A stretch of 56,551 nt of DNA, filler included, from Stramenopiles sp. TOSAG23-3 (lineage: Eukaryota): NCBI GenBank assembly GCA_900128585.1. It is 4 parts of 4 records of this genome, joined end to end, with 100 filler letters (N's around TTAATTAATTAA, not from the genome) between each part and the next. Parts side by side here need not be neighbours in the genome. Positions count along the whole stretch, not along the records: positions 1 to 26,121 come from LT642278.1; 3 more parts are not named here. The stretch is one strand, 5' to 3'. Positions 1 through 10,474 of the stretch are shown piece after piece; position 1 is the stretch's first letter; each line of letters begins with the position of its first letter. Position numbers and translations under genes: made by a program. The notes under the pieces are model-generated. The model had not been told where the DNA came from. It ran no database searches and worked only from the letters and a program-made list of their open reading frames with translations.

Positions 1-80
1 TTTCTTCTTTCTTCTTTCTTCTTTCTTCTTTCTTCTTTCTTCTTTCTTCTTTCTTCTTTCTTCTTTCTTCTTCTTCTTCA
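1..80. repeat. (TTC/TTTC)n pyrimidine microsatellite
   Basis: Direct reading: tttcttctttcttctttctt... upstream of the first gene. Confidence 0.95.
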
Positions 81-384
81 ATCTTTTTTTTTTAATTTTT
101 TTTTAGTTGTTGTTGTTGTTGTTCTTCTTCTTTATTTATTATTACTTCTTTTTTTGTTGTTGTTGTTGGTGGTTGGATTCGTAATAATTTCTTCTACATA
201 TTATTAAATCTTCTTCTAGTCGTCTAGTATTTTCTTCTTAGTAAATGTGAGTAAAAGATTTTTTTAATTAATGATACCAGAAAAAGATTTCTACACACAC
301 AGAGAGAACAAGAGAGAGGTAGCAACGTAGTAGTCTCATCGTTTTCAAATAAGTTTATCTTCTTCTTTCGTTTCTTCAACAGTC

Positions 385-1167
385 ATGTCTCGTATTGCCG
401 GGTTGGGGGATTACAAGAAAAAGGACGACGGCAAGGGTAAGAAAGGGAACGAGTATTATGCCGGTGGCGGTGGGAACCAAGGGGGCAGTGGGGTAGCTGT
501 CTTGGGGCCTGGGGGCGGGAATGATGCAATGGATGATATCGTTAAGAATGCTGCGGCCTCTGCCGGCGGTGGTGGTAGTGCCAGCAGTGGCGGCCCAACC
601 AGAACGATCACGTTCTACAAGGACTGTTTCCAAGTGGACGACGGGCCGTTGCGGTACGTGAACGACCCCGTGAACAAAAAGTTCCTGGACGAAGTATCGA
701 AAGGGTACGCACCGAGGGAGCTCCAGTCCAAGACCGGACAGGCGCCAGAAATACAGCTGGTCGACAAGCGATCGGAGGACCCGCCGAAAGCCGCGGTGGC
801 CAAGTTCGACGCGTTCAAGGGCGCGGGCGCGTCCCTGGGAAGCGCGTCCACAGTAAGCGCTGGCGACACGACCGTGTTCCAAGTGACGCGGGTCGCGAGC
901 GCGGTCGACGTGAGCCCGTCCAAGCCCACGACGCGCATCCAAATCAAGCTTCCAGACGGAAAGCGGGTTGTAGGAAAGTTTAACAAAAGCCACACGGTAG
1001 AAGACTTGAAGGAGTTTGTCAATGTTAATGTCCCGGCCGGTATCAGCGCGTACCAGCTTTTGGCGGCAGGCCGCGGCCCCCCAAAACCGATCGAAGCCGG
1101 TACGGCCAGTTTAGAAGACGCCGGGCTCTGCAACGCCTCGCTGACGTTGAAGCCTGTGTCCAAGTGA
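385..1167 (+). CDS. p47/p37-family p97 (Cdc48) cofactor with SEP, SHP and UBX domains; no N-terminal UBA
   Basis: YYAGGG..GSG motif; SEP (ITFYKDCFQVDDGPLRY..PVNKKFLDEV..GYAPREL); SHP box (FKGAGASLG); UBX (TTRIQIKLPDGKRVVGKFNKSHTVEDL...SLEDAGL). Confidence 0.92.
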   Translation: MSRIAGLGDYKKKDDGKGKKGNEYYAGGGGNQGGSGVAVLGPGGGNDAMDDIVKNAAASAGGGGSASSGGPTRTITFYKDCFQVDDGPLRYVNDPVNKKFLDEVSKGYAPRELQSKTGQAPEIQLVDKRSEDPPKAAVAKFDAFKGAGASLGSASTVSAGDTTVFQVTRVASAVDVSPSKPTTRIQIKLPDGKRVVGKFNKSHTVEDLKEFVNVNVPAGISAYQLLAAGRGPPKPIEAGTASLEDAGLCNASLTLKPVSK

Positions 1168-1452
1168 GGGCGGCACGGGCGACAAGGGGTATGTGTTCGC
1201 AGGAGAGTGGGCGCGCGGTTGTGTGGAAGCGCAACAAAAACAAGTGCATGCCGTATTGACATGTTAAGGTTATAAAGACAAGGCTTTGTATGAATGGCTG
1301 AACACCACGTGTGTCACCTAAAATAAAAAGAAGAACATGTGGTGATTTTTTTATCAATCGCAATGACGAACATGAACACTTCTTCATCTCTTTAGGTTCG
1401 TCTCATTAAAATTTAGTTGGTAGTTTTTTAACTCTTTTTAAATGCATTCCGT

Positions 1453-2673
1453 TTACTCAAGCTCCTCTTCGTAGTGAAACAATGCAGCGCAAAAATCTTT
1501 CAACTCGTCCTTGTCGGTTTGTTCTAGTGCTTCCATAATTTTGTTCTTGGAGGCATTGCTTTTAAAGACACGGTTCCGGATGCGGTCCATTGCGAAAGGG
1601 GCACGGGCCAGGTAGATCTTGGCTGGCTTCACGCCCCCGTCGGCCACCTTGTCGTCTTCTTTCCCACTTTTATTCGCGGCTGCGCTGGACAAGTCTGCAA
1701 TATCCGCCACAATCATCCCTTTCAACGCATCGACGCCCTGCTGCACGCTCCCGGACAGCCCTTGGCGGAAGAGCGGGCTGGACATCATGTGCTGGGCCTC
1801 GTCCAGCATGGACGAGATGATCTCGTTCGCCCCGTCCGCGGAGGCAAACACGCTGCCGCGGCGGATCAAGGGGGTCGTCTGGGTTTGCCTCTCCTCTTCG
1901 GTGGCAAGGAGGACCCGGTAAAGTCCGGCATCGTCCTTCAGGGAGCCCACGATGTCGTCGACAATGCCGGTGATCTCCGTCGCCGTTATGCGCCCGCCGA
2001 ACTTCTCCCCGTGCCACCCTCGGTTGAGCGTGGCCGCCGTCGTCACCTCCAACAGCTTGGCGGCCAGCGCGTTCAAGTCCTCCGTCATGGTAGAAAACGA
2101 CCGTTCTAGAAACTCCCTCCTATCATCGGGCGAAAGGTCCTTCTCCCCCCCCTCCTCGTCTAACTCTTTGAAGCGCGGGCCTTGGCCCGCCTTCGCCGGG
2201 CTCCCGTTCCCGCCGCGGAGTGCCCTGGACTCCCGGTGCAGGATGGTGAACTGAACCCGGAAGTTGGTGTTCAGCACGCAGATGCCGACGGCCGCGGCGA
2301 TCGTTCGAGCCAACTTTATGTCCAAAATCACCTTCCAATGCTCCATCTTTCTCTTTTGGTCCTTGTTCTTCGTCGCCGTCTCGAGCAGCTTGAGGGTCGG
2401 CCGTGGGTCGAGCTTGTTGTTCAAGAGCTGCTTCAACGCCGAGAGAAACTTCACCGTGTGGTCCCTGCACTTCAGTTGGACTTGCTCGAAAAACATCTCC
2501 TCCTCTTCTTTTTCCATCTGCTTTAAGATTTGTTTTTGGTAGTCCACCGCGGCATCCTCTATTTTCGAGGCTATGTAGTTTCGGCCAAAGTACACACCGG
2601 CCCCCACCCCAATTATCGCCCCCCCCATGAGCCTGTACTTGTTCCTCCACAGAAACGACGCTATCCCCGACAT
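1453..2673 (-). CDS. PEX3: Peroxin-3-like peroxisomal membrane biogenesis protein
   Basis: N-terminal basic patch plus TM (FLWRNKYRLMGGAIIGVGAGVY), FEQVQ..C, KMEHWKVI...RT and RVQFTIL match the Pex3 pattern. Confidence 0.78.
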   Translation of the reverse strand: MSGIASFLWRNKYRLMGGAIIGVGAGVYFGRNYIASKIEDAAVDYQKQILKQMEKEEEEMFFEQVQLKCRDHTVKFLSALKQLLNNKLDPRPTLKLLETATKNKDQKRKMEHWKVILDIKLARTIAAAVGICVLNTNFRVQFTILHRESRALRGGNGSPAKAGQGPRFKELDEEGGEKDLSPDDRREFLERSFSTMTEDLNALAAKLLEVTTAATLNRGWHGEKFGGRITATEITGIVDDIVGSLKDDAGLYRVLLATEEERQTQTTPLIRRGSVFASADGANEIISSMLDEAQHMMSSPLFRQGLSGSVQQGVDALKGMIVADIADLSSAAANKSGKEDDKVADGGVKPAKIYLARAPFAMDRIRNRVFKSNASKNKIMEALEQTDKDELKDFCAALFHYEEELE

Positions 2674-3050
2674 ACTATATGGCTGGCTTTCAGGTTGGCT
2701 GGCTAGCTGGGTAGTGAGTGGGTGGTGGTTGACGTTGGTGATGGACGTTGACGGAAGGGATGAATAATAATCTTCTCTGAATCTGAACGAAAGAAAGATA
2801 GTTGAAACTTCATTCTTTGTGATTTTATTTTACTTTCAATATATATATACATATAAATAAATACCGTAAGAAGTAAAGTCACAAACACCCCAACCACCGA
2901 ACCCAACCACCACAAACATCACCCCCCCCCAATCATCATCCAAAAAATAAAATCATCAAAAAATAATAATAATCATCTCATCAAACCTATTCTATAACTC
3001 TAACTTATAGTCCTAGCAAGAAGAAGTACGAAATGGGTTGGAAGAGCACA

Positions 3051-3320
3051 AAGAAGAAGAAGTAGGATGGAAGAAAAGAAGAAGAAGAAAAGAAAGAAGA
3101 AGAAAAGAAGAAGGAAGAACAGAAGAAAGAAGAAGAAGAAGAAGAAGAAAGAAGAAGAAAGAAGAAGAAAGAAGAAGAAGAAAAGAAGAAGGAGGAGGCN
3201 NNNNNNNNNNNNNNNNNNNNNNNNNNNNNNNNNNNNNAGAAGAAGAAAGAAGAAGAAAGAAGAAGAAAGAAGAAGAAGAAAAGAAGAAGGAGGAGGCAAG
3301 AAGAAAAGAAGAAGAAAGAA
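3051..3320. repeat. (GAA)n purine microsatellite containing an assembly gap (N 3200-3237)
   Basis: Direct reading; lies in the divergent PEX3/bL19m spacer. Confidence 0.95.
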
Positions 3321-3805
3321 TTTAAAGTATACGATGGATCGTATTTAAATATTATTCTTTACCTATATATTCTATTTATTCCTATTGTTTTAAATATTAA
3401 ATAGCCTTTTATATAGAAATAGAACAGGAATTAAGAAGTTCCCTCTCCATTTCATCTCTATCTCCACTCTCTGTATTACTATTTAACTTAGTATTCTATA
3501 TACGTACTTTATAAAACAAATACATTTTTTTATTTTTTACACAGTATTTGTCTTCTTCTTCTTCTCTATTATTTTTTTTTTTTTTTTATTATTTTTTTAT
3601 AATAATAATAATAAATGGTGGGGTGTGAGTTACAAAAAAAATAGAACAGAAATTATTGTAAAGAAAGAGAGAACGTATGAACGCAAATTACGAGAAAAAA
3701 AAAAACAGAAGAACGAGCGAACAATTGATTTGTAATCGTGCGCTGTGCCTGTGATTTTTTTAACAGGTGAATACACATATATACTTTACTTACCTACCTC
3801 CTACC

Positions 3806-4525
3806 ATGCTGCTGAGGACGTTCGGGTTGTCCCGGACAATGGCGGGGTGCCGTCGGGCGGTGGCGACGAGGGTGTCCGAGTTCGGCGGGAAGGGGGGGCT
3901 GGAGGTTGCAGGGCGCGCGCCAGGTGCCCCGTGCGGCCAGAGTCTGCGGTGGTTTTCTGCGGAAGAGGCGTCGGTGCCCGAAGGGGTGAGTGACTGGCCA
4001 CCGTACACTTTAGACAAATGGGGAAACGTGAAAGGGAAACGGTTGACGAAGAAGGCCGGGCACATGCTTCTTTTGCTGGACGAGGAGGCCGTCCAGAGCG
4101 CCCAGGGCGCGGGGAGCGTGACGAACTCCTCGTTCAATGTAGGCGACGCGGTGGAAGTAAAGTTTTTGATGAGCGTTAGCAAGGAACGGCCCCAGACGTT
4201 TACCGGAATAGTCGTCGGAAAGCGGAACAGGGGGATAAACTCCTCCTTTACGGTTCGGAACGTTATCAACGGGGTCCCCGTCGAACGGTCGTTCCCAACG
4301 TACCTACCGCTTCTCCAGGAGGTGAACGTCATTGCGGAGGGGTACATCCACAAGGGGAAGCGAAAGGGAAAGCGCGTGCGCCGGGCCAAGCTGAACTACT
4401 TGCGGGACCGACCGTTGAGCCAGAGCACCGTGCAGATTAAATTGACAAAGGCTGAGAAGGCGAAGAAACTAAAGGCACGCATGAAGATGAAGGACGATCG
4501 AAAGAAGAAAAAGAAGAAGAAGTAA
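3806..4525 (+). CDS. MRPL19: Mitochondrial ribosomal protein bL19m
   Basis: Arg-rich presequence (MLLRTFGLSRTMAGCRR); L19 core FNVGDAVEV...FTGIVVGKRNRGINSSFTVRN...GVPVERSFP.Y.P...VRRAKLNYLRD; first ATG at 3806. Confidence 0.92.
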   Translation: MLLRTFGLSRTMAGCRRAVATRVSEFGGKGGLEVAGRAPGAPCGQSLRWFSAEEASVPEGVSDWPPYTLDKWGNVKGKRLTKKAGHMLLLLDEEAVQSAQGAGSVTNSSFNVGDAVEVKFLMSVSKERPQTFTGIVVGKRNRGINSSFTVRNVINGVPVERSFPTYLPLLQEVNVIAEGYIHKGKRKGKRVRRAKLNYLRDRPLSQSTVQIKLTKAEKAKKLKARMKMKDDRKKKKKKK

Positions 4526-4735
4526 ACGGCCGGACGACGGGCGGGGCCGCTTGGTTCGGTACGACGGTGTGGTGTGGGGCCCTGGCGGGAAAATCTCGAC
4601 AAACCCCCCCGAATACATATACGTATGTTAAACATATTTGCTTCGCATCGACAGCCTTACTTGTTAAAGTCTTAAAAATGTCTTCGCTTCGTGCCTCGTT
4701 TCACCCCCCCCTCCCCTCCCCTGCACGCACACACT

Positions 4736-5479
4736 TCACTCGAACCCCACGGTCACGTCGACTGCCAGCTCGTGGAGGCCAGCCTTCTGTTCCTCGGTGA
4801 AGCCATCGGGCCGCTTCTGTTCCCCCGCGTCCGCCCCGGCATCGGCCGCGTCCGCCCCACCGAACTCTTTCTTGAATGCCTCTGCGGCACTCTTCTGCTG
4901 CGCAACTATCTCTCGCAACGCTTCCATGATCTCCGACTTTCGCTGGTCTTCGTCCGGCGCATCCAGCACGTTCAGCTGCGCCGTGTCACTAACTTCGACC
5001 ATCATGTTGGTGGCCTTGGAGACGATCCGTTTCAGCCTCTTCTTCTCCTCTTTGAAATTGAAGGACGCCGTCGTCGAGGCGGCCCCAGGTGCGTACAGCC
5101 GCCCCGAGGATGCGGCCATCGTGCTGCTGTCCATTCCGGACCCTTCTACATGTTGGGGGACTTCTAAAAACCCTCGGAGCACGCGCATGGAGGAAAAGTG
5201 GGGGGACTCAAGGACCTGCTCTAGCCACGAGTTCAGCTGCTGCTGGCGGGTGTTGACGAACCGGGTCACCATGTTGCCGAAGAACTTTTTCGGCGGAAAT
5301 AGCGGCATCGTGATTTGCGGGGCCGACCGTCGCAGCGCGTTGTACAACGAGTCGAACTCTCGGTACCGTTTCCTAACCTGCCACCGCTGCCCCGAGAACG
5401 AAACGTCAATGTTGTACTCGGTATGGTTCCTCACCTGAACGTTCCCTGTAATGGAAGATACGACGGCGTGGGACTCCAT
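4736..5479 (-). CDS. PX-domain protein with LAMTOR1/Ego1-like C-terminal half
   Basis: PX signature HTEY.I...WQVRKRYREFDSLY..L...P.FPPKKFFG....FVNTRQQQLNSWL; C-terminal LKRIVSKATNMMVEVS resembles the LAMTOR1 helix (lower confidence). Confidence 0.85.
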   Translation of the reverse strand: MESHAVVSSITGNVQVRNHTEYNIDVSFSGQRWQVRKRYREFDSLYNALRRSAPQITMPLFPPKKFFGNMVTRFVNTRQQQLNSWLEQVLESPHFSSMRVLRGFLEVPQHVEGSGMDSSTMAASSGRLYAPGAASTTASFNFKEEKKRLKRIVSKATNMMVEVSDTAQLNVLDAPDEDQRKSEIMEALREIVAQQKSAAEAFKKEFGGADAADAGADAGEQKRPDGFTEEQKAGLHELAVDVTVGFE

Positions 5480-5703
5480 AGTTCGAGAAGCGCAAGGGAC
5501 GAAGGAAGGAAAGGAGAGAGAGAGAAAGAATAACCAGTGGTTGGTGATAGATATTAAACGAGTGAGTATTTATCTGTTACCCTTTGTGTTCTATTCTTTT
5601 TCTTTTGTATACCTTCTTATATATGTTATTACAGTTCAATTTGATAACATCGTTCCGCATTCGTTCTTCTCGGTTTCTCAAGTATTAATATATATATCAT
5701 CTC

Positions 5704-5870
5704 AAGAAGAAGAAGAAGTGGTGTACTCTCCTCTCTTCTCTTCTCTTCTCTTCTCAACAACAACACAAAGAAGTAAAATAATCAATCAACCAAGAACCAA
5801 GAAGCCAAGAAGAAGCCAAGAAGAAGTAAGAAGAAGAAAGAAGAAGAAAGAAAGAAGAAGAAAGAAGAGA
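5704..5870. repeat. GAA-rich low-complexity tract
   Basis: Direct reading. Confidence 0.85.
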
Positions 5871-6396
5871 GAAGTAATCTCTCTCTTCTCTCCTAAAGGT
5901 TATAGCAAAGGATTTATTATGTTTAGTTAATTCTATAGGTAATAGACTACGATTACGACAAGTTAAACTCCGTCCTATCCAAATCCAAATCCTAAACCTA
6001 ATCCTACGAGGTAATCCTAATCCAAAGAAAGAAGGATGGATGGAAGAAGACTAATTACTAATTTAAAATATAACTAACTAGAACAAGAACAAGAACAAGA
6101 ACAAGAAGAATATTAAAAAATACAATAAATACAATAGCAAATGACATCATCTTCTATTATTTATTATAAAGACTCTAACTCCCATTATTATTATTACAAT
6201 GATGAAGGATATATATGCTATGTATATGTAAATAGAGGTATATTTTATCGGTGGCTAATTGTGCTTCATTCTCTTGCCTCCTCTCCATCTCCATCAAATT
6301 TACTATAAAAGCAATTTAGATAGACGATTATAATAATATTACATAGACATAATAGGTCTATTTATTATAAAAAGGATGTATATTATTGTATTAGTA

Positions 6397-6690
6397 GAGA
6401 AGAAAAGAAGAAGAAGAAGAAGAAGAAGAAGAAGAAGAAGAAGAAGAAGAAGAAGAAGAAAGAAGAAGAAGAAGAAAGAAGAACAAAAGAAGAAGAGAGA
6501 AGATAGAAGAAAGAAGAAGACGAAGAAGAAGACAAAAGAAGAAGAGAGAAGATAGAAGAAAGAAGAAGACGAAGAAGAAGAAAGAAGAAAGAAGAACATA
6601 GAAGAACATAGAAGAAGATAGAAGAAGAAGCAAGCAGCAGGAAGAGAACATAGAAGAAGATAGAATAGATGATGAAGAATGATGATGATG
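6397..6690. repeat. (GAA)n microsatellite grading into (GAT)n, with an internal higher-order duplication
   Basis: Direct reading; unit gaagagagaagatagaagaaagaagaagacgaagaagaag occurs twice. Confidence 0.92.
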
Positions 6691-6951
6691 AGATGATCGA
6701 TCATCGCGATTTTTTTTTTTTTAAATTATTTTTTGTTAATATATTTTAGATTGGGCTTTACACCTGAAGTACTCTGCTGAGTTAAAATGTATGTGATGAT
6801 GTACAACAGTTAGAAGGAACAAACAAAAACCAGAAAAGTAAAATAAAACAAATGACCATAATAATAGTTTGAGCCAAGCGAGCTAGTTTGTCTTCTTTCT
6901 AGACGCACCGCACGTAGGAACGCACGAGTTCGTCGAACTCCGAACAACAAC

Positions 6952-9843
6952 ATGGAGGCGGCAGGGCAGGGAACCGCTACGGGGGAGGGGGGACTCGGCG
7001 GGGCACCCCGGGAGATGCCCCAGGATACGCCCCAGGATACGCCCCATGATACGCCCCAGGATACGCCCACGGAGACCCCGGAGGGTGAGGCGGACTATGT
7101 CACAAAGGGCGAAGCCGAGGCGATCACCAGGCTGGTAAGGCCCAGCGTGAGGACGAGCACCAAGGAGCAAATGGTGCAGAACCCAGTGTATTCACCCAGG
7201 ACCACGGTAGAGCAACCGGCAACCGAGCAAGTCCCGAACGCGGGAAGGGACATCAAGTACTACCCGGACACGACGCTCCCACCGTGGGCATCAATATCAG
7301 AAACGCAATCCTGGCTCTCCGACCAGTTCGAAACCCTGGGGACGCGGTTTGCCTCCATCAAGGCGAGCTCCGTGGCGAACAGCCCCGGGGGGGTCAGTAG
7401 CCAGTGGATAAGGCACCTCGGGTCCCTGTGCGACGTAATGCAGTCCCGCACAAACTACTGGTTTGGGTCCGATGAGGCCAACGCCGTCAAGATTCGCGAG
7501 GGAATCAGTAATTACTTGAACATGCTCGATCAGTGCGGCGTAGACGTTCTTCGGGGGCCCTGCAAAGGCCTCGAGATCTTCCTCAACGCAGAAAAATGCT
7601 TCTGCGGAAAGGTACGGTCGCAGCGGCAGAAAAACCCCTCCCCCAGCGCCGAGGGCAAGCGGAAGAGCCCGCGCGGCAGGGGGAGGGGCAACAGGGTACC
7701 GAACTACGCCCACCAACCGTTTGACATCAACAAGTTCATCTACAAGGGGGGGGGCGACGCCGACGTCGGCAGCGACGTGACCATGGTCACCGAGGCGAGG
7801 CAGGCGGTCTCTCGCAAGTTAAGTCTGGCCGACGACAGTCCAACCAAGGGGCACTCGAAGCCGAGGCGGAAGGCGAAGCGGAGCGCCCCCGCCGCAACCA
7901 CTGCTGGCCAGAACAGTGGGACGAAAACCAAAGGCAGTGACCAGCCGGCCAAGCTGAGGCCCGGAGACAATGGCCTCACCGTCGAGGCGTTGGCAGCGGA
8001 CAACAGTCCAACCGCAGGATCAAATGCTGACAAGGCCGCCGCACCGTCTTCCCCCGGGGCCAGCACCGGGGGCTACAGCGCCATGTTCAAACGTTCCAAA
8101 GGAGGCCGAGCCTCCCCCGGTCCGTCCCCACCCCCCAACATTACCGCCCCAATCAATGTACCGCCCCTGAAGGCACCATCCCCGAAGAAGGCACACGCGA
8201 GATCGCCCACCTCCCCAAAATCGCCCACGTCGCCGTCGTCAGGAAGGAGGACCAGCTATTCCGAGATCAACGAGTACAAGAAAGCCGTGAAATCGAGCTC
8301 ACCGACACGATCGCCAAGCCCGGATAGAAGTTACATGGGCCCCATCGGCGGGAGCAAGGGCTCGCGGCGCAGGCGAGGGAAGAAGGACCAAACGTCGCCG
8401 GAACAAATAGGGAGACCGGGCTGGGTCAAGTCAACGCACGCGCACAGCATCGAGGTCAAATCCAAGTCCAAACCAGGCGACGTGGGCCTAGGGGCATCTG
8501 CAGCAGCGAAAAGCCCGGAGAAGACGGCAGTGGCCATCGGCAACCGGGTGAGCCTCAACTCGGGAAAGACAGGGACCGTGCGTTACATTGGCAAAACGGC
8601 CTTCAAGAGGGGTGCGTGGGTAGGGGTAGAGCTCGACGAAGCGTTCACGGGAAAACACAACGGAGTGGTAGATGGCATCGAGTACTTTCAGTGCGAAAAC
8701 AATGACATGGGGGGAGTGTTTGTAAAAGAGGAGGTCCTTGCCATCCTTCGCCGGTCCAAAGGGGAGAAACAGGTGTGGCAGAGGCTTGCCTCGTCCCAAA
8801 GGAAGCGAAGCAAATCCCCCTCTAAGCTCAACCTCTACCAGGCGAATCGAATAGGGTACAAGCTGAAATCCGTGTGTTTCCGGGCGACAGATCTTGGTGG
8901 AGAAAAATTTTCGCCAGTGGTGTCATGGCTAGACACAAACAAAGTTAACCTTGCGTCCCAGGACATGCCGTTCAAAGAGCTGAAAAAGAGCTTTCGTAAG
9001 ATCGGGGTGACCCGGAGGCTGGTTCCAGACACCGAAATGGACGCCATCCTGTCCTACTTGGAGAACCTATCGAGGGGACGGGTAGCCCACAGACGAGGGA
9101 TCGGGGCCAGTGACTTGGAAACGATGAAATCGGTCAACCTCCAGGTTCTCTATGATTTGTTGACTGGTGTATTAGAAGAAGAAGAAAACCGCAGGCAGGA
9201 AGAGGCCATTAAAGCAGCCAAGCAGGCCAAGGGGGCGGCGAGAATGAGCAATTACAGTTTCTTGAGAAAGTCTCCCAGGCATTTGTCTGTGAAGAGCATG
9301 AGTGATTTTAGGCCAGCCAGCCCTAGAAGCTCCTTTGGGAGATCGCCGCGCGGTAGAACCGCGTCACAGCCTACGATTAATGCCATGAGGCAAGATCGTC
9401 CTAATTCCTCGACGTCGGTCGACATAAACAACGACCAAGAGCTCCTCGGTGCCATCAAGGACGGCCTTGAGTTTGTATGGCAGATGCAGAGCAACAGCCC
9501 TTCTGCAAATAGTGTTAAGCGCAGTTCTAGCTCAAGCAGTACTGCGACGGGTAGCCCCCGCCCAGGGATAAGGAGGCACGCATCTGCCCCGGCGAAGAAA
9601 GATAGGGAAGTTCAACTGTCTACAAGCAAGGGCTCTTCGCCGCAAGCGCCCACGGCTACTGTTCCACCACACACCCAAAGTGCCTCGGCGTCAGGGGAAG
9701 CCCACATACCAAAGCCCAAACGCAGGCCTCCAAAACTTATTCCACAAAAAGTGGTTGTAGGGAATGGGGTAGTTTCGTCGAAGACAGCGAGAAATCCGTC
9801 TTTGGTGGAGCAGATTCTTGGCCCTCCCCCGTCCCCGCTATGA
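6952..9843 (+). CDS. CAP-Gly domain microtubule-associated protein, largely disordered Ser/Pro-rich
   Basis: IGNRVSL..GKTGTVRYIGKTAFKRGAWVGVELD...GKHNGVVDGIEYFQC...GVFV is a CAP-Gly motif; 12-bp PQDT tandem repeat near 7018-7068. Confidence 0.88.
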   Translation: MEAAGQGTATGEGGLGGAPREMPQDTPQDTPHDTPQDTPTETPEGEADYVTKGEAEAITRLVRPSVRTSTKEQMVQNPVYSPRTTVEQPATEQVPNAGRDIKYYPDTTLPPWASISETQSWLSDQFETLGTRFASIKASSVANSPGGVSSQWIRHLGSLCDVMQSRTNYWFGSDEANAVKIREGISNYLNMLDQCGVDVLRGPCKGLEIFLNAEKCFCGKVRSQRQKNPSPSAEGKRKSPRGRGRGNRVPNYAHQPFDINKFIYKGGGDADVGSDVTMVTEARQAVSRKLSLADDSPTKGHSKPRRKAKRSAPAATTAGQNSGTKTKGSDQPAKLRPGDNGLTVEALAADNSPTAGSNADKAAAPSSPGASTGGYSAMFKRSKGGRASPGPSPPPNITAPINVPPLKAPSPKKAHARSPTSPKSPTSPSSGRRTSYSEINEYKKAVKSSSPTRSPSPDRSYMGPIGGSKGSRRRRGKKDQTSPEQIGRPGWVKSTHAHSIEVKSKSKPGDVGLGASAAAKSPEKTAVAIGNRVSLNSGKTGTVRYIGKTAFKRGAWVGVELDEAFTGKHNGVVDGIEYFQCENNDMGGVFVKEEVLAILRRSKGEKQVWQRLASSQRKRSKSPSKLNLYQANRIGYKLKSVCFRATDLGGEKFSPVVSWLDTNKVNLASQDMPFKELKKSFRKIGVTRRLVPDTEMDAILSYLENLSRGRVAHRRGIGASDLETMKSVNLQVLYDLLTGVLEEEENRRQEEAIKAAKQAKGAARMSNYSFLRKSPRHLSVKSMSDFRPASPRSSFGRSPRGRTASQPTINAMRQDRPNSSTSVDINNDQELLGAIKDGLEFVWQMQSNSPSANSVKRSSSSSSTATGSPRPGIRRHASAPAKKDREVQLSTSKGSSPQAPTATVPPHTQSASASGEAHIPKPKRRPPKLIPQKVVVGNGVVSSKTARNPSLVEQILGPPPSPL

Positions 9844-10049
9844 CAGCATCGATAGAAGTTTCACAAATTTTCCAAGTGGGGGTAGAGGGGATTTAACCGT
9901 AGGCACGCGAGCGTTGTGGTGTTGTGCACATTAGTATGATATGCGCGCGCTGGTAAAGTACTCCCTCCATTAAAGATTACTCGTAATCATAAACAAACAT
10001 ATAAAAAAACAAATTTACATAGTATACAAACATATATATAAGTGTATAT

Positions 10050-10074
10050 TAAAAACAAGAAAATTGGCTGTTAT
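10050..10074 (+). repeat. Dispersed intergenic motif TAAAAACAAGAAAATTGGCTGTTAT, copy 1
   Basis: Exact or near-exact matches at 12111, 12147, 35704, 47283 and, on the minus strand, 54310. Confidence 0.9.
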
Positions 10075-10474
10075 CTAAAGTAAGTATGAAAAAACAAAAT
10101 ACATAGTATGTTTTAAGACTCTCATTTTTAAATCAATTACTATTTCAAATCCAACCCTGATCCTATCTTGATTTTTTAATTTTTTTATTTCGTTTCGTCG
10201 TTGATGATTGTCAATCATCACAGAGGAATTATTTTTATTCCAATGAGAAGAATTATTACCAGGTGNNNNNNNNACTCATCAGAGTCACTTGGAGAATCAA
10301 TCATCCCTTTATTGCCAGAACTCGAATAGCGGCTGGACTTGTGTTGTGATTGATAAGAGATTTTTCATTTTTGTAAACTAAAATGCACTTAAATCGGATA
10401 AGAATTACATACTTAATCCACCGTTGTATTTTCACACTTCTCTGAACGAACGTTGACCTTCATCACCAAGATTG

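Noticed and set aside
3000-3348. Poly-Lys/Arg/Glu or poly-Phe/Leu/Ser ORFs here and at 6339, 31362 and 37576
   Set aside because: Translations of GAA/TTC microsatellites.
5980-6025. Telomere-like CCTAA/CCCTAA words here and near 26756, 53870 and 54295
   Set aside because: Only a few degenerate units; not a telomeric array.
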